Source of the DNA: Lingula anatina
Lineage: Eukaryota > Animalia > Brachiopoda
Reading direction: 5' to 3'
NCBI GenBank assembly: GCA_051362555.1
Contig: CM120641.1
Coordinates: 23,566,401-23,630,400 of the forward strand
Length of the DNA: 64,000 nt
The notes under the pieces are model-generated. The model made no database searches. It was given only the letters and a program-made list of their open reading frames with translations, and had not been told where the DNA came from. Below are positions 1 to 14,272 of this stretch, piece by piece. A program made the translations under genes and the position numbers. The stretch's first letter is position 1, and every line of letters starts with the position of its first letter.

Positions 1-2321
1 TTATGCTGTTCACATTCGAACGGTGTTTTATTCTTTCGGTTTTAGTCATATATTGTTTGGTTTCATTATATCTAGGGCTAGCATCGATTTACGCCTAGAT
101 TAGTTCGAACAAAGGAAATTGACGCAAACTGTTTTTAAAACATTTCCTTCTATTCTTTCACCCAGTGGAACTGTTGTATTGATTGCGGAGCCTAAAGCTG
201 CATTATGTTGTTGCGCTTTTTTTCGATTGGTCATAATGGAAGCAATGAAAGGTCAAATACCATTGGTTCTTGAGGACATGTGAGGGCACTTATTTAATTT
301 GGAAAGAAAAACATAGCCGCTCTCTTAAACTTTACGGTTTTAGGTCAGACAGAAAATACGATGTTCCGACTGAACGCCGCAGGCAGTGTGATACCTGGTT
401 AAGAAAGCCCAGGTAAGTTTTACGACAGCGTCGCTGTTTAAGCTGCGTTCAGTAACAAATGTAAAGGTATTTTTTTAGTTCTGCGTAGACAGCTGCTCCA
501 CTTGTTATCCACGTAAAAAATCCACAAATACCACATCAGCTGGCATTTGAGAAAGTAATTTGGCATTTCAACGGTCCATCAACTGATTATGGAGTAAGCA
601 GCTCATCTACCATTGATTAAATAACTGAGATTAGTCCTTGTCACCTGCCGTCTGTTAGGCTGGCGGGAAGGTGATTACAATGCTGATGGCAGAAGGAACG
701 CGGCGGTGAGTGTTCTCGGTGCTGGGTTGCCTTTATGTTTGGATTCTTTGATTTCCTACTTGAACTCTGATTAAACCTTGTTCGTGGTGTAAGTTCCTCA
801 CAAGGGAGCTAGATTACGTTATTTCTCTGTAGAATTTTACATTAGCTTCATATGCTATTATTGGAGTTTGCATTTAACAACAAAAATATGTATAGCGGCG
901 ACTTCGAAAGAAGATACAATATTATTATTATTATTATTTAAAATTTTATGATCAGATTCAAAATCTTTTCTCGTTTTCGTCACTGACACCTTAGCACAAC
1001 CTTGGTCATAAAAATACTGTTTTGAAAAGTGCACATAAGTTTGGTATGTCAAATATTATAGCATTTATAGAAAAACAAACAAATTGCATGTGAAGATTTG
1101 GTGTTTTTCTGATGTTTGGACTGGAAAAAAATGCTTTACTAATAGGTTTGCCTTTAAATAAATATATTTAGTTCATTCCCTTGCGAATGTGCAAGGATGT
1201 GAGTGACCAGAGACCTTCTTAAACCACACAAAATGTATGACTAAGTTATAGAAATAAATATTTAATTGTTGTCGCTCAAGTGGGTTTAAGTTCTGGCGAC
1301 GAAGACGAGATGTTTTTTTTTTTTTTATTCAGAGCTCTATCAGCGATTTTACGTGGGATTTGGTAAAGTTATATAACTTTTGTCGTCCGTTTATATAAAC
1401 ATATATACTATGTGTTGGTGAAAAAGTGTAAAACCTTAAGTAATTTTACTGAATATTCATAGCGCAGAATTAGGTAATTCATTTTATCAGTCACTCGTAC
1501 CTCTACGTAAAAATACACACGCACTAATTATAATGTGGAAAGAATACATTTGTCAATGTGAGCAGAGTGCTTAAAATATATTACACTTTATCTGTCTGAA
1601 TAGCAAACCAAATACATTAAATGTCAACTTGTATGCGCAAATGCCACTATGATAAGCTTTGTAATAGCATCTCCAATACCTCTCTCGTTTCTGTAATATG
1701 CAGGGATTCCACATCATTTAGATACATTATCGTTAAAAGGGATAACTCGTTTTTTAATTAAACCGAGTAAGTGGTTATCAGAGGGCTTTTGTCAAATTGA
1801 TTTTGTCGTATTGACATTAAACCTCACTTATTTACTTTCGAATGAAGTGCAAATAGACCAGCATATGCCAAGAGAAATCTAAATTTGCCGGAATTGGAAA
1901 GCATTCACGTTTTTCATTTCCATAATTCCATGGATGCCAGCTTGAAGCAGACGTCAATGGGGGATTAAGTAATGTTCGCTGAATACAGGTCCAAAAGGAT
2001 TTGCTTTGCTTTCACAACTTAGATTCAACGACTCAGGGCCTAAACATGCCGCCCTGCCTGGACGTGATAAACACTCGACAAACCTGACAAAAGTATGCAG
2101 TGGAAACCACTCCAGATCGTAGCTGAAACTGCATAACCAGCACCTGTATGTCACAGGCCAGAATATTACCCGCAAGACATCCAATGCTGTCTGAGTTGTG
2201 GACGCTAGGGTGGTAACCGTTGGAACGGTAAGGATGCAGGCAGACTTGGTGTAGGATGAGAACGTTGTCACGTTGTTCTGGCAAGCTATTTAGGGAAATG
2301 TTGCATGCATACATTAGCTTT

Positions 2322-2324
<3 letters not shown>

Positions 2325-2363
<39 letters not shown>
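2325..2363. repeat. (AT)n microsatellite
   Basis: Directly visible. Confidence 0.95.
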
Positions 2364-2365
<2 letters not shown>

Positions 2366-5300
2366 TTTGGTGTACAGTTTGCTGTAACGCTGTTGCAAAA
2401 TTTTCATGCATTTGAACTGGTCGCTGCCCTGTGCGCTGTTTACATGTGGGTATGGTGATTTAACTCTGACATCGTTCAGGTCCTAAATCTTTATTGTGAT
2501 GGCATTGCAAGTGGTTGAGGCCATATCTCTAATGTCAGAAGATGATGTGCGGGGCGACACGCATGCATCAAGCAGTCGCGTATTATTTGAATATTTTTCA
2601 TATAATCGTACTTATGAATCCCCCCTCCGCCGTTGACCCGTGACTATACCTATGGCAGCGTCTCACTGGTGTTTTAACCCATTTGCTTTACGTTCCCCTT
2701 GGGCAAAGCTCAATAGAAACAATACAAACCTTATTGCACAAAGTACCAATGATTAATAATCACCCAGCGCTTTGGCAGATATTAAAACAATAGGCAGAAT
2801 TGTCAGGTGGTTAGTCGCCCGCTTAATTGTATCATCATTAATAATAGCCGAGAACTAATTTGAACACATGCGCCCAACTCCGCTGTCAGACACAGGCATT
2901 TTAATATTCAGTGAACTCAATACCTGAAATGTTCGTCAAATTTCTCTCTGCATGCTGAGATTGCGATGGGTATACATTTACCATGACTCAAACCATTATT
3001 TTCTAATCAAAGCGACCTTTATTGAGTTGCAGTTCTGTGTGACGTTGGCGTAAAATAATAACTCTGGACACTGCCAATTCTCTTCATTTCAGATGCAAAC
3101 TTAATTTTTTCAGTTACGCAGCAGAAAAAGGAGTATAGGTGTTAGGTTGAACATAAATCAAGTTAGTATTTTTCTCCATCCAAGTAATCCCTGGTGGGAC
3201 GGTTAAGGAAACAGCGTGAAAAACAATCAGTCATTATTCAGTCGTAGATATACCTGGAGGAATTACTAAGGTCCACCGAGAAATGGGATATTGTATACCG
3301 TATATTTCTCACAGACAAAACAGCTTGAACAAGTTAGGTCAATCTCCGCTATTGCCAGTGGTTTGGAGGGTTCACATCCGTCAATAGTTGATCAAAAGTT
3401 CTGTCTGGTTATTTTCTTCAATTGTAGCCATTTTGTATTTTCTCTTTTCTCAGACTGAAATTTGCAAGTTTTTATTTCATTACATGTCTTTAAAAACGTT
3501 AAAAATATAGAAATGCAGGTATTGTAAATTCTACAATAATTTAAAATATGAGAGAAATATCGGTAGTGATGAGATATAACTCTCCTAGAATTGAGTAATA
3601 GCAGCAGAAGTATGTATTGATAATTCAAAATTGCCGACACCCAAGATGGCAAACGTTAAGCACAGAATATAATCTAAATTACATTTGCATCTTATCTAAA
3701 CATACATATTATCCTGCTAGGAAATTTGTCAAATACTTGTGAAAGTATTCACGAGGCAAGAATGTTACATAGGTAATGAGACTTTGTGTACTTTTTAATA
3801 CATGATAATGGCATTTCATTTTGGATAGTGTTAAGTGTTTAATTTTTCATTAAGGTGGCACTGTCCTTGTCTATTACCAAGTCGGTAAAATAGAATTAAA
3901 CAGATCGGAAGAAAGCATCGTATGTATAGGAGCTAGATAATTGTTTTAGCCTTGTCTTCAACTTGGCTGTCTCGCAGACAGATGGGGCAACATCTCCATA
4001 TCAAGGCATAATCTCTGTATGTATCTCTGCGTTTTGAACTTATGTGATCATTTGTAAAATCTGGCGCTAGTGAAGTAAGCGCATTTTTGTTAAAACCCAT
4101 ATGAAGAGGCTGTATTTATGAAACTATCTAATCCATGAACCATGACATTTGGCTGTTGTAATTGATTTTGAGTCGAATTTTTCTGTCTAAGAGACGAAGA
4201 TAAGCACATTGTTGCACAGAATGTAGTATATGATCCGTATATCTGGTGGCATGTGATCAATACTTAGAAAACTCAATGTACTTCATGTTGGTGCCTCCTG
4301 TAGCATGGGGCGGGTAATGATGTACAACCATATTACTGTTGGGTTAAATTTACTGGAAGTCATTTAGATAAGCTTTGAAAAATGAGACAGTTAGGCAACA
4401 ACAGGCCGCCAGGATTCATTTCAATTCGTGTGTTACATTAAGAGGGCCAGTTCACCCATGATTTCCCTTATGTGCAGTGAAACATGTAGTTCGTTTAATG
4501 TCTCCCTTTTGTGCTTAAATTGGGGATATCACCTGTTTCATCTGTAATGGTTTGTTAAGGTAATTTCATGTCATTTGTTCCCTTTGCTGATCTGTTAAAC
4601 GCAATGGCATTAGCACCTTGTGCAATATAGCGCGTTCATGATGATGATGTCTTTAATGTCTCTACGCTCCAAGGAGATGTAGACAGCCTTGTGTTTCATA
4701 TGTGCCAATCTCATATCTAAACAGTTCACTAGACCGTGAAACACTAACCTACACGAAGGTCTAGAGACGGACACAGTGAAATCTGCCAAAGAGACGATTA
4801 TAGTGAAGGTTTTGTGGATTGATGTAAAAAAAATATCAATCATCTGCAACGCGCTTTTACTATATAGCCTAGAAAATGAGTGAACCTTGATGTCACACCT
4901 CAGAAGGAAAATCCTATAGAGTATTATCGAGGGCTTCGTAATCATTGTTTTCGTGACGTGGGCAGTAACATGATTACACGCTCTATTGATTTGTCTCAGA
5001 CAAAATACATTTGAAATGAAGTAATTCATAGCCGAAAAGAGGTTCTTACAGATCTACGTTATTTTGAATTGATAAGAGAATTGTGAAAGCACGAGTTTCA
5101 AACCCCTTGCGATTCCGTCGATGACATAACAAATCCGTCTCGTATTCGATTTCATTAGGAGCCAAGCTAAAAGACCGCCCAATCATTTTCGTACTGGAGA
5201 TAAATTAAAGTGATATGACGGTTTTGTCTCTAAGCGCGATAATGGACTTTTCATGGCATGTAAGTAACGAACACAGGGACAGAGTAACACTTTTTTTGCA

Positions 5301-6809
5301 ACTTGACTCTCGGATCCTCAACGATTTTAGATTAATTAAAAAGATATGTACCAACCCTTCTGGAATCTCAGCCTTGCCAGCGTTCATTTTGGGTATTCGA
5401 TCTTATTAGTTTGACTTACCGATAAACGTAGACTACATTTGTCATATAGACGAACATTAGTGGAGATTTATACTGTATCTTATGTTTTCGTCATCGAACA
5501 ATATGCGCCCTGGAATATTTTATCTATGAACCGCTTATTATAAAATATTTATTCTCTGTCACGCGACTTATTGAATACGTACTTGCATTAGTCCACTTTG
5601 CTTTCTGTAGTAGGGTCGGACTTTATATTACTGACTTTCATGTTTCATTTGCTTTACTGGCAATCGATACGGCCATACCAATGTGGCCATCTAGATAACA
5701 GATAACAAAAATGATGTCGATAGCCTGCATAGATACTTCTTTCGACTAATGTGTTTGATGCACCGCACTGTCGCAGCACGGCTTATGAAAATGTCGTTCG
5801 ATTGGTCTTAAATCATATCAGGTTGCATTTAATTAAAACATCGAAGACTTCAAATGATTGGTGATAAAAACCACCTTCGCAGTAGTGAACCTTGGCATGA
5901 TTCGAGAAAAAATACCCAAATCAAGTTTTGGCCAAAGTTAAATTCTGTTTATTAAATGTGGAGTATTAGATTCCGATGCTGCAGCACATTTTTCTCTCTG
6001 TGCCTGTAGTTCAGTCTTTCTGTCTCTCGGGATTTTTAATAGAGAAATCAATGATAAGTGTTCACTAGCACACGAAACACAAACACACACGCAATATTGC
6101 TTTCCATTTGTCTACATCAATTGTTTTTACGGATAAATCTTCAAAGAAAAATTTAATCAAGCTTATAACAGTTAAGTTGACGTGGATGGTGGTTCGTTAT
6201 TTTTATGTACAGTTTATGTTGGTTAAAGTACGTTCTGCCTGAGACTACACTTCGTTTATACTGAAAAATGTTTGTGTGGAACAATATATGCACCTTTTAA
6301 ATGGCTTCATATGTATCATTGCACCCAGATATTTTAGACACCAATTCATATTCAAGTTTACTTATTGATAACGTCTTATTTCTCCAACAAGTTTGTATGA
6401 CAAGTTGCCTGTCCCTGTAAATAAGTAATACGACGTTTATATGGGTTAGGTTTATTGATCACTCGCGTTTAGTACTTTCATTTCAACTCTTCTACACGGC
6501 TACAAGAGATAAGCTCCAAATGATTCAAAAAGCAACTTTCCTGACCATGCTTTGTAGATAATGCATAAGCTCAACGTTATCTTGTTTTAAATGTACTGTA
6601 GAGAATAGACAGAAAAAAAGGTCCGCATTTAACCAGGTATAAATTGAAACCCTCTGTGGTTACCTGGTGGCGCGCAATGAAATAAGTCAGTCTGACATGG
6701 GCGGGGAAAGGATATTGTAACAGATAATCCTAAGTTGATGTACAGACGCCCTCTCCCAGTAACACGAATATTCTTGTTACTCATGTATGTTTTCGTTACT
6801 TTTTTCCAG

Positions 6810-7106
6810 TGTCTGACCGCACAGTAGAACGCTGTGAACTGATTTAGACCTCAACTCGAGAAGACAAGCTACATCGCTGAAGTTATCTTTACTCAGTGGA
6901 AGCGTGCTGCGCGAGACAAATGTTTCCAATCTAAGGTTTTTAATGGTTCAACACGGAAGGAAATGACCGTCTGCCGACCAGCCTCATTGGCTTGAACAAC
7001 TTGCTTAACTGACTTAATGGATGACTGATTGATATAACAAAACATTCAACTAAGAGGATATTACTCAACTGAAGTCGAGCCAATATAAAGCGTGAATATC
7101 CAGGAC
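6810..7106 (+). other. Probable 5' UTR part of the NHL gene exon, after a strong splice acceptor
   Basis: Pyrimidine tract plus acceptor (tttcgttacttttttccAG) ends at 6809. A perfect donor AG|GTAAGT at 412/413 is a candidate upstream non-coding exon end. The link between them is inferred. Confidence 0.4.
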
Positions 7107-8039
7107 ATGGCAATGAGTGGGGACAGTGGTTCACCAGAATTGGCAGCTCCAGATTTGACCAGGTCTAAGAACTGGCAGCCAGCTGTAATGTTGAAGAAGT
7201 TTGGAAGGTACGGCAAGGAAAATGGTTGCTTGCGTTACCCAAGTGGTATTTCGGTGGCGGACAACGGACTGATATACGTCGCTGACAACCGGCTCAATAA
7301 GGTGCTAATATACGACATCGAAGGCTCTTATATTTCTTCGTTTAATTGTAGTGGTGCTGCGTCCGTCACTGCCCTACGGGACGGCAACCTTGCCATAGCG
7401 TCTTACACAGGGTCAACGTGGCTCAGTGACTCGTGCGGACTACACGTCTTCACCCCTGATGGCCAGTGTGTGAAAGCTTTTAAGAATGTCCCCGCTGCCA
7501 CCAGCGTGGCCGTCAATGCCAACCACGAGTATATCATAGTGGATCCAGTGGAGCAATGTATCAGCGTGATCAACAGCCACGGGGACATTGTCCGGCAGTT
7601 TAACAGAACTGGGAGAGGGGAGGCCAAACTGCCCTTTGCCTTGACTGTGAACAGTAGAAATGAAATAGTGGTTTCTGACACTTCTAATAACTGTGTCAAA
7701 GTTTTTAATAACTTGGGTGTTTGTTTGAATCAGTTTGGACAAAAGGGCAAATCACAGCACATGACCATGGCCATAGCACCGGACGGTTCCGTCATTCGTT
7801 TCAATAAACCAAAAGGGATTTGTGTGGATTCCACTGACAACATATACGTGGCAGACAGTAAAAATGGTCGAATCCAAATGTTCACCCCCGACGGACAGCA
7901 TCAGAGATCGATTTTGATGTCTAGCCCCAAATTCTTCAGAAAGACTGTGGCACCGGAAGCCGTTGCCATGGCACCGACAGGTGAATTGTTGGTCTCCTGT
8001 GTTGGTGATTTTACGGAAATCCGAGTTTATGCGTTGTAA
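7107..8039 (+). CDS. Stand-alone NHL-repeat (six-bladed beta-propeller) protein, similar to the NHL domain of TRIM2/3/71; ~310 aa, single coding exon
   Basis: Uninterrupted ORF with repeated NHL signatures (YPSGISVADNGLIYVAD, PFALTVNSRNEIVVSDTSNNCVKVF, FNKPKGICVDSTDNIYVADSKNGRIQMFTPDG). First ATG is at 7107; the ORF-track start at 7092 is GTG and there is an in-frame TAA at 7086-7088. Stop TAA ends at 8039; AATAAA at 8825-8830. Confidence 0.88.
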   Translation: MAMSGDSGSPELAAPDLTRSKNWQPAVMLKKFGRYGKENGCLRYPSGISVADNGLIYVADNRLNKVLIYDIEGSYISSFNCSGAASVTALRDGNLAIASYTGSTWLSDSCGLHVFTPDGQCVKAFKNVPAATSVAVNANHEYIIVDPVEQCISVINSHGDIVRQFNRTGRGEAKLPFALTVNSRNEIVVSDTSNNCVKVFNNLGVCLNQFGQKGKSQHMTMAIAPDGSVIRFNKPKGICVDSTDNIYVADSKNGRIQMFTPDGQHQRSILMSSPKFFRKTVAPEAVAMAPTGELLVSCVGDFTEIRVYAL

Positions 8040-10346
8040 ACCGTTGATTGAGTGGCTGGCGAATTTCAAAGGTTGTGAAACGACCTGTTGTTAAGATTTT
8101 TGACTGGTTTTCATTGTTGTTTTTCCTTTACGGAAACACTGGTTACGAAATGGCCTAGCCACCATAAATTTGTTCAGTAAATTAAATTCCTCACTTTAAG
8201 GAATGGCTTGGATACACAGTCGTAATACAGTTTTTTAAGCTTACAATTAGGTGCAATGAATAAAAAGAACGAACGCCAAAAATTAAAGACATTGTTGGTT
8301 TTACTGATTAAGTAAGGCTGTTCAGGCGTTTTCATTAGCTTAGGAAAACAGGAACTTAATCTGCCTTACGGAATAATTGGCTTTTGTGTTGGCATAAACA
8401 ATATGGGAAAGTGCCCGCATTCTACCCATATGTCCATCAACATACCTGCAAGGTATCCTCAGAGAGCAATGTTATCTCATATACTGTCAACGCAACACGT
8501 TCTGAAAGCCATATATAATGACCCATGGTCGGTTTGCCATTAATACTTTATGTGGAGGCTCTAATAACTGATTTTCAATAGCACCTGGACTCTTTTTTTC
8601 CTGGAAAAGACATTCTGCAATCCATACTTATTGGAATGCAAGTAGACCACAAGGCTAATTTCCTTTATTGCTTGCCTGAAACTTACCTTACCTGCGCTTT
8701 GATGTCTTTGCCTTCTAGTACTAGATGTACAGAAAACTTGTTTTTTATCATACCTTGGTGTATGTTTTGAACGCACACACATTATACTTATGGGTATTTA
8801 TATTGCTTTCGTATTATATGTACAAATAAAATACAGCTTATTTTCAAATACAATTAAAGATCATCCTTATATTTGAAAGATGTTTTTTTATCATTTTGAA
8901 TTATTTATACGTGTGATAGAATACCAGTATGCAAATATTGATCCAAAATTCCAATTAGAATGTTTTATCTTTGTATTTCCTTGGCAAGTGTGTACTCACT
9001 AAAGCTAAAAAGAGGGATATTAAAGGCAGTATGGCGATTTACAGACTTTATTATGAAAAATTAGATAACATGTATTGATATATACACGGGTACAGTACGA
9101 CACGTATAAAATTAGTAAGTGATGTGTCTGGATTTTTACTTTCCTCACTAACAATACTTATTGTGTGTGTGTGTGTGTGCATTAGTTTAATTTTTGCTGT
9201 ACTGTACACACTTGTATGTCAAGACATTTTATCTAGCTTTTCATGATAAATATTGATTCATTAAAAGTGCACACTTTTAAAACAAAAAATACTAATATGT
9301 TGTTAAAACTGCGAAGCCAATAAACGAGAAATTATGATTTATATTAAACAGCGAACAACACATATTGCAGGATCCAAATCTTATCTTTTTTTAGAATCAC
9401 TAATGCAATGTGAGGTTTGGGCAGATATATAGGGTGTAGATCATATAAGTGTAACCAAAGTTGATCACTCTCAAATTACTTTTTACTGGGAAATTATCCA
9501 CATTGGCGTTTATTTACCTAATCTTGGCGAACATATCTAGCTTTTTCTTCAGCGCTTGTAATATAGTAAAGGTGCTTTGGAAATTGGCATTTCCCCAAAC
9601 CTGGAGAGTTAAACCAATAAACGTTTCATTTGCCGTCTCTCAGGAGATGGAAAAGTTGAAATTACCAGAGCTTCGGGTTGTGATCTTATCTCTGAAGCCA
9701 TAAAGTCACTCAAAAATATTGGAATTCTCATCAGGCAGAAAAGACGAATCATATTGCGACATCCGATGAGCTTTATTCAATCCAAAACAGATAGTGTAAC
9801 CATATTTCTCTTGGTGATTTTGCATCTTATTGAATCTTATCGTTATGTCTTTTTTCGTATTGCATGTCTACATGCCGTTTCCTTTATGAGCTGAATATCC
9901 ACATGGTATTTTCGAGTGATTGCTTTTCAGTCTATTCACAAATGATAAATTGATCGGAAGCAAAATTGTATCGCGGCAGCTGGGTTATTAAGGCTCAAGT
10001 CTTTCTACTTTACACTAAGTATGAGTTTTAACTGATGTTCGCCTTATCTCATACCAAGTACAAAACGACCTCAACGCGTGCATTGCCTACACTCGTATTG
10101 TGTCAGTAAATTAAACATTGTTATGATTGGTGTGAGCCACTGAAGAGGTGCCAATTAATATCCAATCAAATAAAGCTACCACACTTCGTACGGGTTCGTT
10201 CAATGTTGCTATAGCTGCATGTATGTATGTTGTAGTACTTTCAATTCGGAAATTGCCTGTGCGTCTAGATTCCAATGAAAATAAAAGCATTAGACACCGA
10301 CTATTATTAATCATACGTGTAAAAATGACTCACTTGAATAATTAAA

Positions 10347-10419
10347 AGAGAGAGAGAGAGAGAGAGAGATGAGCTCTTTCAAAAAAAAAGAAAAAAAAAA
10401 AAAAAAAAAAAAAAAAAAA
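10347..10419. repeat. (AG)n microsatellite followed by a poly(A) run
   Basis: (AG)n at 10347-10369; A-run at 10381-10419 with one G. Confidence 0.9.
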
Positions 10420-11807
10420 CAATGTGGCTATGATTGAATGTTGGAGATTCAGAATAAGTATCACCAGTGGCAACGGCACTTATTGGTTTTTATTTATTGC
10501 GTGATCATATCTTATATTTCATCTGTATAAGAAGTATGGTTTGAGAAATAAATTCAAAAGATTATATCCCCATTGTTGGGCCCTATGCGTTTTATTAATC
10601 GGGACTACGGAGTTCTCTGCAAGCTGCCATGTTAACAAGATCAGATTATGGGGGGTATGTTTATTGAAACAACCAATGTACTGTAACAAAATTTTAAAAT
10701 GCATAAAATGGTAAAAAGTACAGAATAAAAAGCCTGCGCGTGCACTGTGCATACCGCATTTAACGAATGCGAAGGAAAAGTAAAGACGAATTAAAAATGA
10801 ATCTAAATGGACCATTTCCACTTCAGATCTCTTTTTCAGTGTTGAAGAAACTGCCCCTGCTTTTAAAAAGTGCGAATGTTGCCGGGAATTTTAACTGGTT
10901 CATGCATCCATTAAATATTGCGATATCGCCTTCTTCTCATGTGGATGACTGGCAACCTGGGGTCAAAACGTGGCAGTTATACGTGTATTCTGTGGAGCCC
11001 CAAAGTATCAATATTTTTAAAATTTTGAATCTAACCTACCTAGACTATAACTTAAAGTTCCTATTGGAGAATGGTGATTCTCTGGTAGGGGTGATCCGGA
11101 GTCATTCTTACCCAGGTTATCCATGTTGAACCTGGGGATGTGCAAAAATCAGAAACTGTCAGGCAAATATTTTTCCTGTGGCACTACTTTTCTTTAGTGT
11201 TGGAAATACAATCATTTATCTGGTGACTATGGCTACGGCTTATTTAGATAGAAAAAGTAAGCTTTCTCTAACAGATTCGCACTAGTTCCTCAAGTCCTCA
11301 ACAGAATCAATTAAGAAATCTGATAATTTGCCACCGCCTCATACCTTGGATACCAGCAGAACGCTAGACGGTCTACTTAACCGGACCATGATACCAATCA
11401 AGTGATTTTATGTTGCATCTCTGGAGAAACTGATTTCCACAATCACGCACGTGAAGGTGGCGCCCGAGGGCAGATAAAAGGCTAACACCAAGGGGGTTCA
11501 ACTGTCTTCTGAATCAATGTTATTAATATCTTGCCTTTTTTATTTGCCGAAATGAGGTAAATTCCCTTCGGTTTTTGGCCAGCTGTCATTTCTGCAGCTT
11601 TCCCCTTCAACTTACTTGAGATTGGACACCCAGCGAGTCCAAACTTATACCTTTGATATGCACGCAATACATTTTGTAATTTGGTTCTTTTAAAGGCATA
11701 ACAGCTGTTCATTTGGGCCAAAAAATGAATTTTCCTGGAGTAAACAGCAATTTAACTATACTTACCAATGGTTGATGAATCCATTTCTACATTCAAAATT
11801 TGGCCCT

Positions 11808-11808
<1 letters not shown>

Positions 11809-11852
<44 letters not shown>
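11809..11852. repeat. Poly(T) run (44 nt)
   Basis: Directly visible. Confidence 0.95.
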
Positions 11853-11855
<3 letters not shown>

Positions 11856-14272
11856 TTTGCTTTTTTGTAATAAATTATTACAGATTATTACAGAGTATAG
11901 CCATCTGTGGAGGTCACGTGGTCGGATGGCATGCACATATTTCAAATTTATTGCTATAACTGCCGTTTTTGTGGTAAAATAGAATAATATTATATTTCTA
12001 TGAGTAGTTTACAATGTATTTATTGTGAAATATAGATTTCATACGAAGAGTTGTTATCCCTTTAAACTTTTTATTGGCACTGTTAACATAAATTGTTGAT
12101 AATCATCAATCATCTGTGCGGCATTACAGAAATTAATGTTACTATTTGAGATGACTTTCTCTCAAGTCATATCTAGACTTATAGAGCATATGCATAAGTG
12201 TCTGTGAGTGCTTTGTGGGGGATGCATGCAGAGAGCACCATTTAATCGGGGTTCTTGCAATTATCCAGGCGGGACTGAAACAGATTTTGGAGTTTGAATA
12301 TAACTTAATCTAAAAGAGGTACACTAAATATTAATCTCTTTTCAAACCCATAGACGACGTCTGGCTTTATAACCTTAGGTCATGTCAGGCGTAAATATGG
12401 GACGTTTTGTTGTCGCTGCGTTATTCCGTCAAGGTATCATAAATGCTGAATTACATTACAATGGTGTTGGTTACATCGGGTATATATTATTTCTTTCCCA
12501 GTAGAATGGAATTTATGAATTTTTTCAAAATTTAAACGGTTTGCTTCTTTTACTCTTTTGTGTAGGCGATACAGTGCTTTGCACGGCTACCCTTTTTTTT
12601 TTTCAGAAACCCGCATCAGTAAATGTCACCTTAGGCACTGTATTACATGATTCCAGACAGTGCTTTAGTCCATGAAATTGACTGAAAATTTTTACTGTTG
12701 CGGTATTATGATATTCGCATTGCACCAATTTAGGTTTTTACATTTCCTTAAACCCTTGGATGATAAATGACATCTAACACACCTATTTTTGTTGCCTTCT
12801 TTTATTGAAATCTCGTGTTCCCATTAAGCTAAGTGGCTTGATGCAATAGAAGTGTTGCAATATAATTATGAAATAGCTGCAACGAAACGCTTGTTCCAAC
12901 CTTTTTCTTTTCCATTTTTTTTCACCTGTAAATGTAATACAGTACCATACCTAATCCAATCCATAAGCTCTACTCCGTTGTGCCCACTGGATTTCAATTG
13001 TACGGTAGGGGCCTACACGTTTCAGGTCTTGTGGGACACTTTGAAATTGGGAAGCATTTTTTCCGCAGTTTTGTCAAGTTTTGCTTTTGGCTATAACCGC
13101 CATAAAACCTATTTTTATGCCACGATTTAAAACACTTGTTGTGTTTTAATCTCACAAATTACAATTTTAAAAAATCTTTTGCAATCCTTTAATCAATGAA
13201 CCAAAAAGGGTATAGTCATTTTAATCAAAATGTGCATGTATATTTGCTCCTCCAAATACTAAAATCCAGATCACAAACAAATGCAGATATGTATCTTAAA
13301 AGATGTTTGATAGAACATACTCCCAATATCCTATGGATCCGCTAGGAGGCAATCAAATCGCGCCCCTATACGGGTATGTGACTTTAATCTTTTACGGATA
13401 TCTGAGAGAGTTTGGAGTCTGAATCCACCTGTGACTGTTTTATAATACAATACCACTGCTGAAAGCATGTGAAAGATGATGCCGTGAATTATCTTATTTT
13501 TATAATTTAACATCAAAATTCAGCTCTTGACGAAGTTCTAGACATGAAGCAGTTTGAATAACTACAGGTGTGTAAAAAAGAAAAAAAAATTGGATATGCA
13601 CATCCCATGCAAGATATCAGCCAAATACAGCTTTCAACAAATTAGATTTATTTTCAATTTTATATTTTAAGGAAAGTAAAACTAAAAAATAATTGCGATG
13701 TCACTAAACGAGAGAGGAATTTCACCCCTGCCGTTCAAACACGATTATCATTTTTTTCGGATAATGTATTTTGTTTACGCCTCTAAGCTAGCCTCTACAC
13801 GGTTATCCTGTTAATCCGAGTACAACAGCATGCACAAGAATGAGTTAACAGTATATGTACAAACAGCATCAGTCTGATTTGTCAGAAGCTCTCACACCTT
13901 CTCATAAAAATTCTCCATTTTGAAATCACAACATGAATGAAAGAAATAGATCCTGAATAGGTGTCTTTTCCCATGGATACACATTACAAAAATTCCACGA
14001 AAATGGATATGGAAGATAATCCATGACGCTTTTACTCAAGTGACTCTCTCTTGGTATCAAGACAGATACATAATGGCCGTCAAAGATGTTTATATATTTA
14101 TATGTAACATTTACCTTTAAATAATCTTAATGGTTGACCAAGAGCAACATCATGCTTTCCACCATTCTGATGCCACTACTGTTACAGCACAGAAACATTT
14201 AAATGGACACTTATGTCGCAACCTTTAAAACGAACAGGGTTAAGAAACAAAACAATATGTTTAAAATCATCC

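Noticed and set aside
1954-2407. Two overlapping minus-strand ORFs (105 and 124 aa)
   Set aside because: One runs through the (AT)n repeat; no recognisable domain or partner exons.
4610-5029. 139-aa minus-strand ORF
   Set aside because: No family motif and random-like composition; probably a chance ORF.
7403-8069. Minus-strand ORFs overlapping the NHL gene
   Set aside because: Antisense shadows of a real CDS.
8080-8300. UUGUU motifs in the NHL 3' UTR (Brat-type binding sites, suggesting autoregulation)
   Set aside because: Too short and expected by chance in U-rich UTRs.
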